Positions 1-11,430 of a stretch of 64,000 nt of DNA are shown one piece after another. Each line of letters opens with the position of its first letter. Position 1 is the stretch's first letter. A model generated the notes under the pieces. It made no database searches and was not told where the DNA came from. It saw only the letters and a list, made by a program, of their open reading frames with translations. Position numbers and translations under genes: made by a program. Origin of the DNA: Tubulanus polymorphus (Eukaryota > Animalia > Nemertea); contig NC_134027.1 of NCBI RefSeq assembly GCF_964204645.1, forward strand, positions 25,754,560 to 25,818,559, written 5' to 3'.

Positions 1-765
1 GAGCAGTGGGATCTTCTGTAAACATCGGTATAAGACGATACCCCTCAACCTCATCAGAGGTTTAATTCGCTTCCCTGATGCACAGTTTGAGATAACCCCA
101 TCACTTCACCTGAGATTTTAATTCATTTCCCTGATGAATCCCAGTTTGATGAATCTGTTTAATTATTGTTCCATTGGCTTGAAAAATGATAACGACACTA
201 ACCTCATTAACCTTAGAGAACCCTCGAATAGATTTCCATTTCTGAACAAAAACAAGGAACTTATAATCAACAAAATGATAATAATGCAGGGCTGTTGTGT
301 CAGGAATGTGTGAAGCTTATTTCTAGCGCCAGGGAACTTTGGATGTCCATATCCGTGCGAACCCAGGGATTCATAGTGGAAAGTGATGTTATTGAAGTAC
401 ATGCAGTGTTAATATATGCTGTTGTGTTGTAATCTTTATCCAAAACTTGTAGACATGTGAAATGTATGTGATGAATAAGAAATTGGAAGAGTGTTGATAG
501 AAAATCAGATATTCGTGCACACTACTTCTAAAAGTCAAGCAGTAGTATTTGTGGGGAAATATGATAGATTCAATAATGCAAATTCTGTAAACTTGATGAT
601 TTCAGTAGGAACAATATTTTTCAAATTGATACTATTGACAATGGGCAGCTTAGCAAAATTCAAACAAATTGAACAGGGAGATGATTCTAAATTAAATTTA
701 AGACTCATTCACGAATTCATTCAAATGTATCGCAATAGAATAATCAGCTGCTTACAGTTTATGAG

Positions 766-1833
766 ATGTTCAGTCACAACATTACTAGCACAACTACCGC
801 AATGACAACATCTCAACTCAACCGGTGTCAGAGTTACCAAACTCATCCTGTTCAGTGGATGAACAAATTGTATGTTTTAACATATTTATGCTGGTATCTA
901 CCGGCGTCAGTGCTGGGTTTAGTATTCAACGCATTCACGTTGTTAGTTCTAAAACAGTTTAAATCTGATAATTATTTTCTCATCAAAATTCTCGCCGTAG
1001 AAGATCTTTTGTTTATGATCGCTACATTCATTCTGTTTCCGCTGAGAACTGCGTACGTTTACACCGTTTTGGGAGATCTTGTATTTCGCACGAGTGACTG
1101 GAATTTCGGTTGGATTTTCATCTCAGTCGCCTTGCCATTTTTCTACATATTTCAGATGACTCGTAACTGGTGCACTGTACTGCTCAGTTTAGAGCGGTTA
1201 ATCGTCGTATTGTTTCCGATAAAATCTCGTAAAATTCCCAAGAAGTTAATATCAGTTTGGGCGGTGGCGTTCATTTCACTGTTAAGTTTTTGTGGTCATT
1301 TTTCCCAAATAATACCAGAAAAAAAACTTGTGTTTATGAAATGTCCTGCCAATTGGCCGTATATTGTGATCCGGGGTGAAAAATATCAATATTGGAACAA
1401 CAATTTATACGCATGGCGCTTTAGAGTTTCTGAGATTTTTCTTTTCATGTATCTTACTGTCATGATCCCAATTTGCTTTTTAGTTGTCATAAATTTTATC
1501 CTCATATTGGTGACATTTTACCGTCGGGTTACTCGACGTTCAGAGCTTGGTATAACTGATGAATCATCTAGAAGAGAAATGCGGGTTTTAAGGATGGTTT
1601 TATCGGTTGTTCTAGTGTTTATTATTTGTGAAGGTTTTGGTTTTCTTGATCGTTTGGGAATTCTCCATAAATTTAAGGATATACCCGTAAGACTGATAGC
1701 GTTGGGATTTTCTATCATTGATTCATCAGTAAATTTTATTGTGTATTGCGCGACAAATGACAAATTCCGGAAAGCAGCTTTTGACATTCTAAACTCAATA
1801 CTCGGTAACTATGCAAATAAAATGACTGGCTAA
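766..1833 (+). CDS. Intronless class A (rhodopsin-like) GPCR, FMRFamide/peptide-receptor-like lineage-expanded type
   Basis: 355-aa ORF with 7 hydrophobic segments. Motifs: TM1 GLVFN, TM2 LAVED, TM3 SLERLIVVLFP, TM6 FIICE, TM7 DSSVNFIVYC, helix-8 KFR. N-terminal NIT sequon. Alternative ATG at 802. Confidence 0.9.
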   Translation: MFSHNITSTTTAMTTSQLNRCQSYQTHPVQWMNKLYVLTYLCWYLPASVLGLVFNAFTLLVLKQFKSDNYFLIKILAVEDLLFMIATFILFPLRTAYVYTVLGDLVFRTSDWNFGWIFISVALPFFYIFQMTRNWCTVLLSLERLIVVLFPIKSRKIPKKLISVWAVAFISLLSFCGHFSQIIPEKKLVFMKCPANWPYIVIRGEKYQYWNNNLYAWRFRVSEIFLFMYLTVMIPICFLVVINFILILVTFYRRVTRRSELGITDESSRREMRVLRMVLSVVLVFIICEGFGFLDRLGILHKFKDIPVRLIALGFSIIDSSVNFIVYCATNDKFRKAAFDILNSILGNYANKMTG

Positions 1834-2924
1834 TGTCACCAATGATCATGTAGAAATCAGCCGAGCTTCAGGAGACTGTTTTAACATTTCTGTACATCAC
1901 TGAATTCTGCACATCATTAAATGATATGAATGTTAGCTAGAATAAAACACAACACCAATTGACAAGCAACCCATCAACTAGAGAGAGCGAATAATCATCA
2001 CGTGATACTTCCAAAACGGTGACCTCCGTGGCCATCTTGACAAGTCACGTGATACAGAAAGATAATCACCTCTCCGTCTCCAATGTGCGCGATCGATTGC
2101 TCAAAAATTGCTTGCAGTAGCCGGTGAATAAAAATTGCCCCGTCTGCGCCAAGCCTATGCGGTTTCATTTTTAACTTGGTTTGAACTGAACAGGGGTCTG
2201 AGGGCCCTCCCCTGGAAAAATTTTGAAAATTTAATGTTCAGATATTATGGCTGATTCCTGTTGACAAATTCAATATACATGTATTAGCCTATGTTGTAAT
2301 AGTTTTTGAAAGGTGATTGTTCTGATTAGAAATGAGCGGAACTGAATTCTAATGATAATAATATAATAATAATTCATTTCCTTTTATAGCGCAATACTAT
2401 AAAATAATCATTGCGCTTTTACAATGTTTACAATGAAATTAAGACAATACAGAAATATCGATTAAGAGTTTAAAAAAGGCACAATTTATAGTAAGATCAT
2501 GGGAAATAGGTGCGTTTAAAAAGAAATGTTTTAAGATTTTCTAATGCGGGGGACCCCTGAAATAAACCCCACATTATCAGCCTGTAATGTTTGGTCATTG
2601 ATGAATTTTTAGTTTTGATGCCATTTTTTCTGTGTATTCTGTCTTATTGCGGAACAGGTGATTCTCATTGACGAGTTTTTACCGCGGGTTTATTTCCTCT
2701 CTTTATGAAGTGAGTTTATCGTGTGGTTATTTCTCTGTAAAATTTTCCGGCGCGTTAAACAGATTTCGTTTTACTCAGCGGGCGTCCCTGCTCTTTAGTT
2801 CGTTCTGTTTTTGAATTTCAGCCAAAATCGACGTATTTCGTTGGTTGTTCTATGTGCGGGTGTCCATACCTCGGTGCAGTTGGTAAATATTCTAGATTTG
2901 ACTCCTTAGTGTTAAAACACTAGG

Positions 2925-3290
2925 ACTTGGCTCCACAGTTCTGAGTTTAGATTTGACTCAAAGTTAACTCATAAGACTGTGGAACTGGATCAAGATCTGG
3001 ATTCGATGCCAAATTAGGCCCACTATCGGTGAGATATTGTGCCCTGAAACCAACTAGATCTGTGGCAATGGCACCAAAGTCAAAGTCCCAACATTTGTGG
3101 GAACTGGGTCCTGAGTCAAATGAAGCCAACACAACTGTGGAACTGAATCCTGAGAAAAATTAAATTCACATAACTGTGGAACTGCGGATGGAGACAAAGT
3201 CAAATTAAACCCACAATTGTGGAACTGGGTCCAGAGTCATATTATTCCCATACAACTGTGGAACTAGATACAGAGTCAAATAAAAGGCCC
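2925..3290. repeat. Cluster of MITE-end-like motifs (ACTGTGGAACTGG), first copy forming a short foldback
   Basis: About six ACTGTGGAACTG-like copies; CCACAGT...ACTGTGG inverted pair at about 2932-2982. The same terminal motif is dispersed at 4498, 18121 and 27494. Confidence 0.5.
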
Positions 3291-5928
3291 AACTTGTTGA
3301 AACTTGGGGATGTTATAAGTGTGTTAATCAGTGTTGATCAGTGTTGTTTTTATACGAGGAAGATTCATCATTATTAGATCAGCCCCTGTTTTCATGTTGT
3401 GTAAACGACTATAGCCTCAGCTCGGCTCCTCATTCATGATGATCATGTGTATTTAGTGTAAAGTGTTAGTGTTAAGAGGGTTGTAGGGCGCCCGCGATGT
3501 CTGCTGCTTATGTTGGAATATTCGTTCGATTAAAAGGATTTTTCGTGAAGAGATATATCTTCTGCTGTCGGTCGGCTTCTGAATCTTATAACACGCATAC
3601 GGAACCAGGTCGGTAAATATTGTTCGTTTCAGAAAAAATCAATTCTTATCATTTTCTTACGCAATTTGCGTCGTCGCAGCGCGAGCGGATTGCCGTGAAA
3701 AATGTGAAACATTCGTGTGAAAAATTGATGCTTGATAAAAGATTGAGAACAAGATGTTAAAAATCATGAAATTGTATGAAAAATTGTCCACCGTCAAACT
3801 AAGTTCTTGTAAAGGGTGGTATTTTTGTTATGATATATTTTACCTGTTCGCAAAATTCATGAATTCAAAGTAACAAACATTTTGTCTGCATTTCTTGTTT
3901 AAACTTGTGGGTTTTTACATCAGAAAATTAGAAATTGCGCTAAAACGTGATATTCTAGGCTCGGATTTACGAGAATCGTACTGATTTACGACGTAACAAC
4001 TGGTTTATATGGTTAAGTTATTAACGAATTTCTGACACGAGTTTTGTTTATTAGTTAAGGCTGTTTAACTATTTAATGAGTTCTACTCAGGAATTTATGT
4101 TTCGGTTACGTGAAACAACTGATAAGTTAGCTACAAACCCATACGGCTCAGGGACGGAACTAGAAATATAAAAATGGGGCCCGATGGAAGATAAGACATG
4201 AATTTTTTTTGGGGCTTATTTTGTAGGATGGTACTCCAGTAAAAAGATCCCTCAAGATAATATTCTTTCAGGGTAAGATAATCCTTATTGGGAGCTGTCG
4301 ACTCCATAATTCCTTATCAATTGTTAATTACTGATGCTTTATTTTTGATTAGGATCCAGTTTCATAAGTTTGACTGATAGAGTTGAAATTAGTGAAATAC
4401 ACATTTAACCCAGTTACACAGTTTTCAGATAAGATTTAATACATTTGATTCACAATAAATTAATTGAAAATGGGTCGACTTACTCAGTTGACTTACAACT
4501 GTGGAACTGGGTGGAGATTTTTGTTCCGCCCCGTGATTTGTTCCTGGCAGATGTAACTGGTTTGTAATGGACAGACCAAATCAAATCGAATCAACCAATC
4601 AGATAAATTCACATATTTCAAGATCTGAAACTTTGGATTAATTTTAACCGTAGATTTCAAACCTGTGAGAAGTGTTATAATCATTCAGCCGAACCAGTTC
4701 AAGTTGAACTGGTTCTGCTGAATGATTATCAAGCTACTGGTGTTTTCCGTTAGATGGTGTTCGTCGATTCTAATCGTGTTTCCCAGTTTTACTGATAGGT
4801 GGAGCCACTGAATAGGGATCGGGTTCCGGCAGCCATCCGCTACAGCGCGATGAGCATCTCTTCTAGTTTATGATGTAAATATTTATTTCATGATCCACTG
4901 AGTTGATTTCCTGAAAGAATAATATTTTTTTTGGGATCCGTATTTATTACTCGAGGTTCAGCTAAAAAGTATCGGGATGGGTTTTTAAAGTTCTCGCTAT
5001 TTTAGATCAGAAATAAAAACAATAAACAAAGACATATTTTGATAATCCTTTAAATGACGATATCGGTGAAGCATGAATTAGCAACATTTTTGATGAATTG
5101 ATGAAACAGGTTGGTATAAAATTACGTTAATTTCTTCATTAATTCAGATTAAGTTTTGAAAATGACTTGAGCATCATTAGGATAAAGTCGAAACGTCAAA
5201 TAAACTACACTAACTCAAGGAAACATTTCCGGACTATTTTCTGTTATTATTGTGAGGTTCTCTTTATATCAAGTTTGTACTTGTAAACTCTTGTTTTCAT
5301 CCTATAATCAGTCGCGATTTTAACGAGATTATTTTCCGGTAAGTGTTAAGATTTATCACACATTCACTTTTTATTGCAATTTATTCGGGCAGCAAATTTT
5401 CAGATAAAACACATACACAGATTAGAAAGGTTACTGTGAAGGCAGTGGTTCTCTGCGCTCTCTCCTGCTCTTCTTCCCTTGCCCTCTTCTTCTCTCTCTC
5501 GCTGTCTTCCCGTATCTCTCCTCTTTTCTCCTCTCTTCTTCTCTTCATTCCCCTCTTCTCTCATATCCAGGTATATATTTGTATCAGGTGGTGTAGTGAT
5601 AGATGTATTAGTTCCTCTGCGGTGGTATTTGTTATGCGGAATGTATATTTAGTGTACAGCGTTTAGAAGCTCAATTTTCTCTCCTCTCTTTCCTCTCTCT
5701 CCTCCTCTCCTCTCTCCTCTTTCCTCTCTTGCACTGATCAGCTTCTCAGTAATCTCAATATTGAAACTACAATTAGCTAATTACGCTATAAACCACACCT
5801 TTATCCCAACAACGTAGCAACAACTGTAGAACGTTTAGTCTACACCTCAGAAACTTCAATATCACTCCAGTTTCCCGTTTTCATCGTTCAGTGGCAAATA
5901 GAACATCATCATCATCTTCTCTGGACTT

Positions 5929-6812
5929 GCTTCCACAGTTCAGGACCTGACCTACTTCCACCAGTTCAGGACCTGACCTGCTTCCACCAGTTCAGGACCT
6001 GACCTGGTTTCACAGTTCAGGACCCGACCTACTTCCACCAGTTCAGGACCTGACCTGCTTCCACCAGTTCAGGACCTGACCTGGTTCCACAGTTCAGGAC
6101 CTGACCTGCTTTCACCAGTTCAGGACCTGACCTGGTTCCACAGTTCAGGACCCGACCTGCTTCCACCAGTTCAGGACCTGACCTGCTTCCATCAGTTCAG
6201 GACCTGACCTGCTTCCACCAGTTCAGGACCCGACCTGCTTCCACCAGTTCAAAATCTGACCTGGTTCCACAGTTCAGGACCTGACCTGCTTCCACAAGTT
6301 CAGGACCCGACCTGGTTCCACAGTTCAGGACCTGACCTGCTTCCACCAGTTCAGGACCTGACCTGGTTTCACAGTTCAGGACCTGACCTGCTTCCACCAG
6401 TTCAGGACCCGACCTGCTTCCACCAGTTCAGGACCTGACCTGGTTTCACAGTTCAGGACCCGACCTGCTTCCACCAGTTCAGGACCCGACCTGCTTCCAC
6501 CAGTTCAGGACCTGACCTGGTTTCACAGTTCAGGACCCGACCTGCTTCCACCAGTTCAGGATCTGACCTGGTTCCACAGTTCAGGACCTGACCTGCTTCC
6601 ACAAGTTCAGGACCCGACCTGGTTCCACAGTTCAGGACCTGACCTGCTTCCACCAGTTCAGGACCCGACCTGCTTCCACCAGTTCAGGACCTGACCTGGT
6701 TTCACAGTTCAGGACCCGACCTGCTTCCACCAGTTCAGGACCTGACCTGGTTTCACAGTTCAGGACCCGACCTGCTTCCACCAGTTCAGGACCTGACCTG
6801 GTTCCACAGTTA
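5929..6812. repeat. Minisatellite of 26-bp and 25-bp units (about 34 copies)
   Basis: Interspersed units CAGTTCAGGACCYGACCTGCTTCCAC (26 bp) and CAGTTCAGGACCTGACCTGGTTYCA (25 bp). The 51-bp dimer explains the 17-aa periodic shadow ORFs. Confidence 0.95.
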
Positions 6813-8167
6813 TGGAGTAAAATTTGATATCAAATGTGACCTGCTTCCTGAGTGTGATCGAAGATCCTGTTTCACGTGACTGTGCGACACATGTTGAATT
6901 GAGTTTCATACATTACTGGAGTTTAAAAACTGGGTTCAAACTTGAACCGGCCAATTTTCAACCCCAACATTTGTGTATTAAGCATCGAAATTGGAGAAAT
7001 AGAATTTACTTTTTTCAAACCAACGAAATTCATTCACGTAGAGTTTGTAACTGTTTTTCGCCGCAATGCGTTGAAACTATTTTTCTTTTTTGTGCGATGA
7101 TTTCTAGTTTCTTCGACGGGTACCGACGACGGTGTGTTACAGGGGCGTATTAACGGGCTATGATGAATCACAGTCGGTGGTGGTTTCGAAGCCGACTTAA
7201 TCCACGTACGAAACATTTTTAACCCCCTCGATCTGAAAAACAACTAAAACCTTGCCGATATTCATCGCGTTCTGAACGTATCGCGTTCATCTTTCAGCGA
7301 TAGGAGAAGATATTACCTCAGAGTCTGTGAATTAAATTTCCGCTTCGACATAAGTACTACGGTCGATCCCCGGTAATTTAGAAATACTTGTATCTCGGCT
7401 ATCTATATCCGACTAATTACTTCTTCGGTACATGAAGAGATAACCATTCGCCGCACCATGGTCAGCAGAAATATGCTTTGATCCGATCAGCGAAATTAAC
7501 CGCCGTTTGAAAATAACTTCTTGTTGTTGTTCTTCACGGGGAGGCTGTTGTATTTTTACCTGATGCGGCAGAATGTAAAGAATTATAGCTCGGGTAGCGG
7601 CGCAACGAACGGAGAACTAGAAAGTGGTTTTCTCTCCGTAGGTCTTACCCTGGTTGCATCATACGCAGCAAGAAAGAAACTCGTCGTTGTATGTTTATCT
7701 GCTGCTCTCTTGAGCGCGAGCGCGAGAACCTAAAACACGAATTTCACGAATCTCGTATTAGATAAGAATATTCAGTCGGAAGTCATTCGACGCGTAACGT
7801 CAAACGCCTTCGACGCCGTTTATTACGGAGAGGTAGAATTTCGCGTTTAAAACTCGAGAATTTTTTCGCGTTAGCAAAAAAGAAAATCGTCGTTATTTTC
7901 GACGATGAATTATTTTGATTGGAAATCGTGGATGAAGTCGAATTCGGTTTCTTAAATTTTTCTGATCGCGTTTCGTGAAAAAATAAACGTAACTGGATTC
8001 ATCGGGAATAGTTTTACCGGATACTGAGACCTCGGGAGTCTATGGATGTATATATGTAATTATATGTAGTGTTATTGTGTGCGTTTATGATTAACGAGGA
8101 GCAGAAGTTAAGAAAAATAATTCGTAAAAAAAACTCACCAGGATTTTAATGCGTGGAAAGTATAAAC

Positions 8168-8192
8168 ATGTTGTCATGCATTTTGGACCAAG
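8168..8192 (+). CDS. GRIP1: Candidate alternative first coding exon A of GRIP (MLSCILDQ-)
   Basis: ATG at 8168, then AG|GTATGT donor in phase 1, matching the phase-1 acceptor at 14810. Preceded by a CpG-rich promoter-like stretch (about 7000-8100). Confidence 0.5.
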
Positions 8193-9762
8193 GTATGTAT
8201 TGGTCTCGTCCGAAGGTTTGGACCCTGTTCTACGGGTCTTCGGTTGATTCTGATTCCATAGGTTACGACATTAAAATGAACTATTTGAACTATCTCGGAG
8301 TCAAACTATGGAACTGGATCATCCGGGAAGGGGTTGATCGTATTATGGTGAACAAAAGTGTTTTGTTTAGTGGGAAAATGGATATTTTGTGGATAAACAT
8401 TGGTATTGTGTTGGTGGTTATTGATACTGAATGTAAGATGTTGGATGATGATCGGGAGTGCAGTAAACTGTATTTACCTCTTATGCCTGACACAACATAT
8501 TGCAAAGTTTCTTACTCATATTCTTCGTAATAATGACCCATCCCTGCTCAGACTACCACAAAATTTGTATGACTCGATGATGAGAACCTATGAGAGATCT
8601 ACTGTCGTGGGCACCTGAAATGTTGAAATCTCTGTGAACTAGAAAAATTTGAAAAGTCATCAAAACTGAGTGCATTCAGATAGAATCAGGTTTTGGTAGA
8701 TAAATCATAGGATATATCGGAAGTAGTTAAGACTCAATCTATTGATTTTGTAAAGATGAATGTGAAATGAAATGGTTTTGGGCATAGAAGAAGGTCGGCA
8801 GGTAGGTATTTGGAGGTATTGAACCACTTCATGAAAATGGTGTTAGATAGATGGATAGATATGGATACGGTAGATGTTTCAACACTTTCTATGCTCGGGA
8901 GGCAAGATGAAGAATGGTCTCTTCCAACTATTTAATAGAGAATAGTCTACAAAATGGGTATTACAAAACATTGCTTAACATGTTGGTAAACAAACGTAAG
9001 AAACAAGAAACAATAAAGTCTCACCTTTAGACTTATTCAAATAAAGTCTGAAGATGGGTCGAAGGATTCCAGCCGGAAACGCAAGAAAAAGAAACAAAAA
9101 CAGTTGTTTAGATTGATATTGTGGTTTTCTCTCAATGTCGAAACATTTTTGAATGGAACAAATAGGTATTGATGAAACAAACCCAGTCGCTGATCAAGTG
9201 GCTTTAGTTGATGGTACTGTTTGACTCACTCTCTCTCCCCAACCCGCCCCCTCACATTGCAGTACAAGTAGTTACGTAATGTTATTCTGTTGTTTCTATA
9301 TGAAGTTATTAAACGTCTATTTTTCCTCTCCCTTCGTCTCTGAGTCGATTGAAACTCAGTTATCATAAGATAATGTTGGTATTTCGCTACGGTCTCTCGT
9401 TCGTTCTATTGAGCTAATACACGTACTGCCACTGCGCTGTATCTAATGATCGAGATGAGAGTTCTGCTGAAACTTTAAGGAGTGCTAGCAGTATTCTCGT
9501 TCTATAGGTAGAACATAAGAATGTTTCCCTAGTAGTTACTGTGGCAGAATTCAGTCAAAGACATGAAATCGATAAGATTAGTAGTAATACAGAAAATATT
9601 CCACACTCGGAAAGAAAAATGAGTCTGAAAAGATTTGCTTTTAGGATTTATTTTCGATATTTCGACTATATCCACAGGAATACTACAGAAATAAATCATT
9701 TACTTAAAGTAAACATTTTGTGACTGTAGAACGATAACCACACTCTAACGTGGTGAACGGAT

Positions 9763-9984
9763 AATAAGATAAAATCCAACTATTTACAGATTAAAAGAAT
9801 TTAAAAACCAGAATTTATTTATTCAATCAAAAATATATAAAAGACACGACGTTTCGATCTCACACCTGACGATAATCTCTAGGGTGAGATCGAAACGTCG
9901 TGTCTTTTATATATTTTAGATTTGATAAATAAATTCTGGTTTTTAAATTCTTTTAATCTGTAAATAGTGGGATTTTATCTTATT
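9763..9984 (+). mobile_element. Foldback (inverted pseudo-LTR) Penelope-like fragment centred on a minimal hammerhead motif
   Basis: About 100-bp imperfect inverted arms. Core CTGACGA-t-AATCTC-tagggt-GAGATC-GAAA-CGTC at 9866-9899. Right arm closely matches the Penelope 3' end at 44339-44460. Confidence 0.8.
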
Positions 9985-10855
9985 TTGTGACTAGTTTTTC
10001 CTCCTGAGTGTGGTTGGCATTTTCTGTGATATTGCTGCAACACGGACAAAGTTTTTCGCAAACGAAGTTCAACCTTCAAGAATGTTTTTAGTTTTAATCG
10101 ATGCCAAAAAGTTACGAGTACATTTTTTTGTCAGCCAACTTCACAACAGTTACAAAATAAGTATAAGTTGTACAATGATCGGAAAATGACTTAACTTTAA
10201 ACGCAAGGTTCAAAATTAACAGTTCATTTACTCGGTCCACTTTTACAAATAGAAAATTTACAGGTATCGTTTTCTATTTTGAAAGCGGAGCTGCTGTTGT
10301 TTCCTGGAAAATAGTTCATCATAAGTTCTAACACGGGGTTTATTGAGCCACCTGATGTAACTCTTGAGTTCGTGAAGATTATCGCGCGCTCTGAAGATAA
10401 GGTCTTGAGTCGGGGCTATTTCTAATTAGAATTGTTGATCTGACTTCTGTTGTACTCGGTGGTCCTCCTCCAGCTTGTTCTTCTCGCTCGTTCCGTTCCC
10501 GTCTGTTCAGATATCGGCAGATATTCTCCTTGTATTGATAATAATTAGAACACGCTGCACCTTATCAAAACAAGTGTTACGGGCAGGCAGGCAGGCAGGC
10601 GGACAGACGGACGAGAGAGAGGGAGAGAGGAGTTCCTATCGGGACGAACTCTCCTTGTTCAGGTGAACCGAAGTTCTCCGCGCGCGCTCACACGCTTCAC
10701 TAATTCCGCAAACCGTAACCCGGGATGTGGTAAATTTTATTACTACTCGAAGCCGATGATCATCGGATAATGTTCGTTAAAACGGAATCGTTAACGAGCG
10801 TTCGTCATTAAACGACGGTTTATCGGATGGTATTAAATCGATCTCGCGGTTTTAA

Positions 10856-10958
10856 ATGGCTAGTTATTTGTGTTTATACGGCGAGGATCACAGTCTAGAG
10901 CAGCATCAATTCAATGTATTTTATTTAGTTACGTTCGATATCGGTCTCGGAGACGAAG
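10856..10958 (+). CDS. GRIP1: Candidate alternative first coding exon B of GRIP (MASYLCLYGEDHSLEQHQFNVFYLVTFDIGLGDE-)
   Basis: ATG, 34 open codons, then strong AG|GTAAGA donor in phase 1, compatible with exon 14810. Upstream GA- and CpG-rich promoter-like sequence at 10580-10850. Confidence 0.55.
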
Positions 10959-11084
10959 GTAAGAAAATGTCGATCAAAAAGTCAAATTCAGAAAAACAAT
11001 TTTTTTTTCGGTACAAGAAATGATTAAAGTAAATGGATGGTAGACTCAATATCTGGAATTCGGTCCAGTTATATTTAGTCTAAG

Positions 11085-11430
11085 CAGGTTGGGCACTTCG
11101 GGAATCAGAAAAAGATCAGGGAATTTCACAAATTTTACCAAAAACCTGGAAAACTTGGATTATTTTATTGACCATGTGTTTCTTTATCGATACTTGATTC
11201 ACTGAAAAATGAATGAATTGTAACATTTTAAATTTCTCTGATTCGCTCAGGGAGTTTTGTGTAATAACATCGAAAAATCAGGGAAAACTCAGGGCCCGGT
11301 TTTATAGACTGGTACTACCTTTTACCCGAGGGCTAACTCAACTCAATTTCAATTGAGTTAACCCTCGGGTTCAAGGTTATACCAGTCTATAAAGCCGGCT
11401 CCAAAGGATTTGTAAATTGGTGGAAAGGAA
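11085..11430. mobile_element. Degenerate MITE (same family as 24088-24396) interrupted by a younger MITE
   Basis: Shares ACCAYGTGTTTCTTTATC...GAAAAATGAAT and GATTTGTAAAT.GGTGGAAA blocks with 24088-24396. Confidence 0.55.
11292..11402. mobile_element. Short palindromic MITE, PIF/Harbinger-like termini
   Basis: GGGCCCGGTTTTATAGACTGGTA ... TACCAGTCTATAAAGCCGGCTCC, near-perfect hairpin. Second copy at 63916-64000. Confidence 0.7.

Noticed and set aside
163-805. ORFs 163-402 (-) and 491-805 (+)
   Set aside because: No recognisable motifs, flanking frames contain stops, and 491 starts with GTG; cannot support as genes.
5929-6812. CRISPR-like array or repetitive protein (ORFs 6197-6397, 6453-6653)
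   Set aside because: Units are contiguous with no unique spacers, there are no cas genes, the context is eukaryotic, and the ORFs are by-products of the 51-bp dimer.
8600-9000. Possible decayed Penelope GIY-YIG C-terminus upstream of the degenerate hammerhead at 9048
   Set aside because: Only faint similarity across several stops and frameshifts; not supportable without a profile search.
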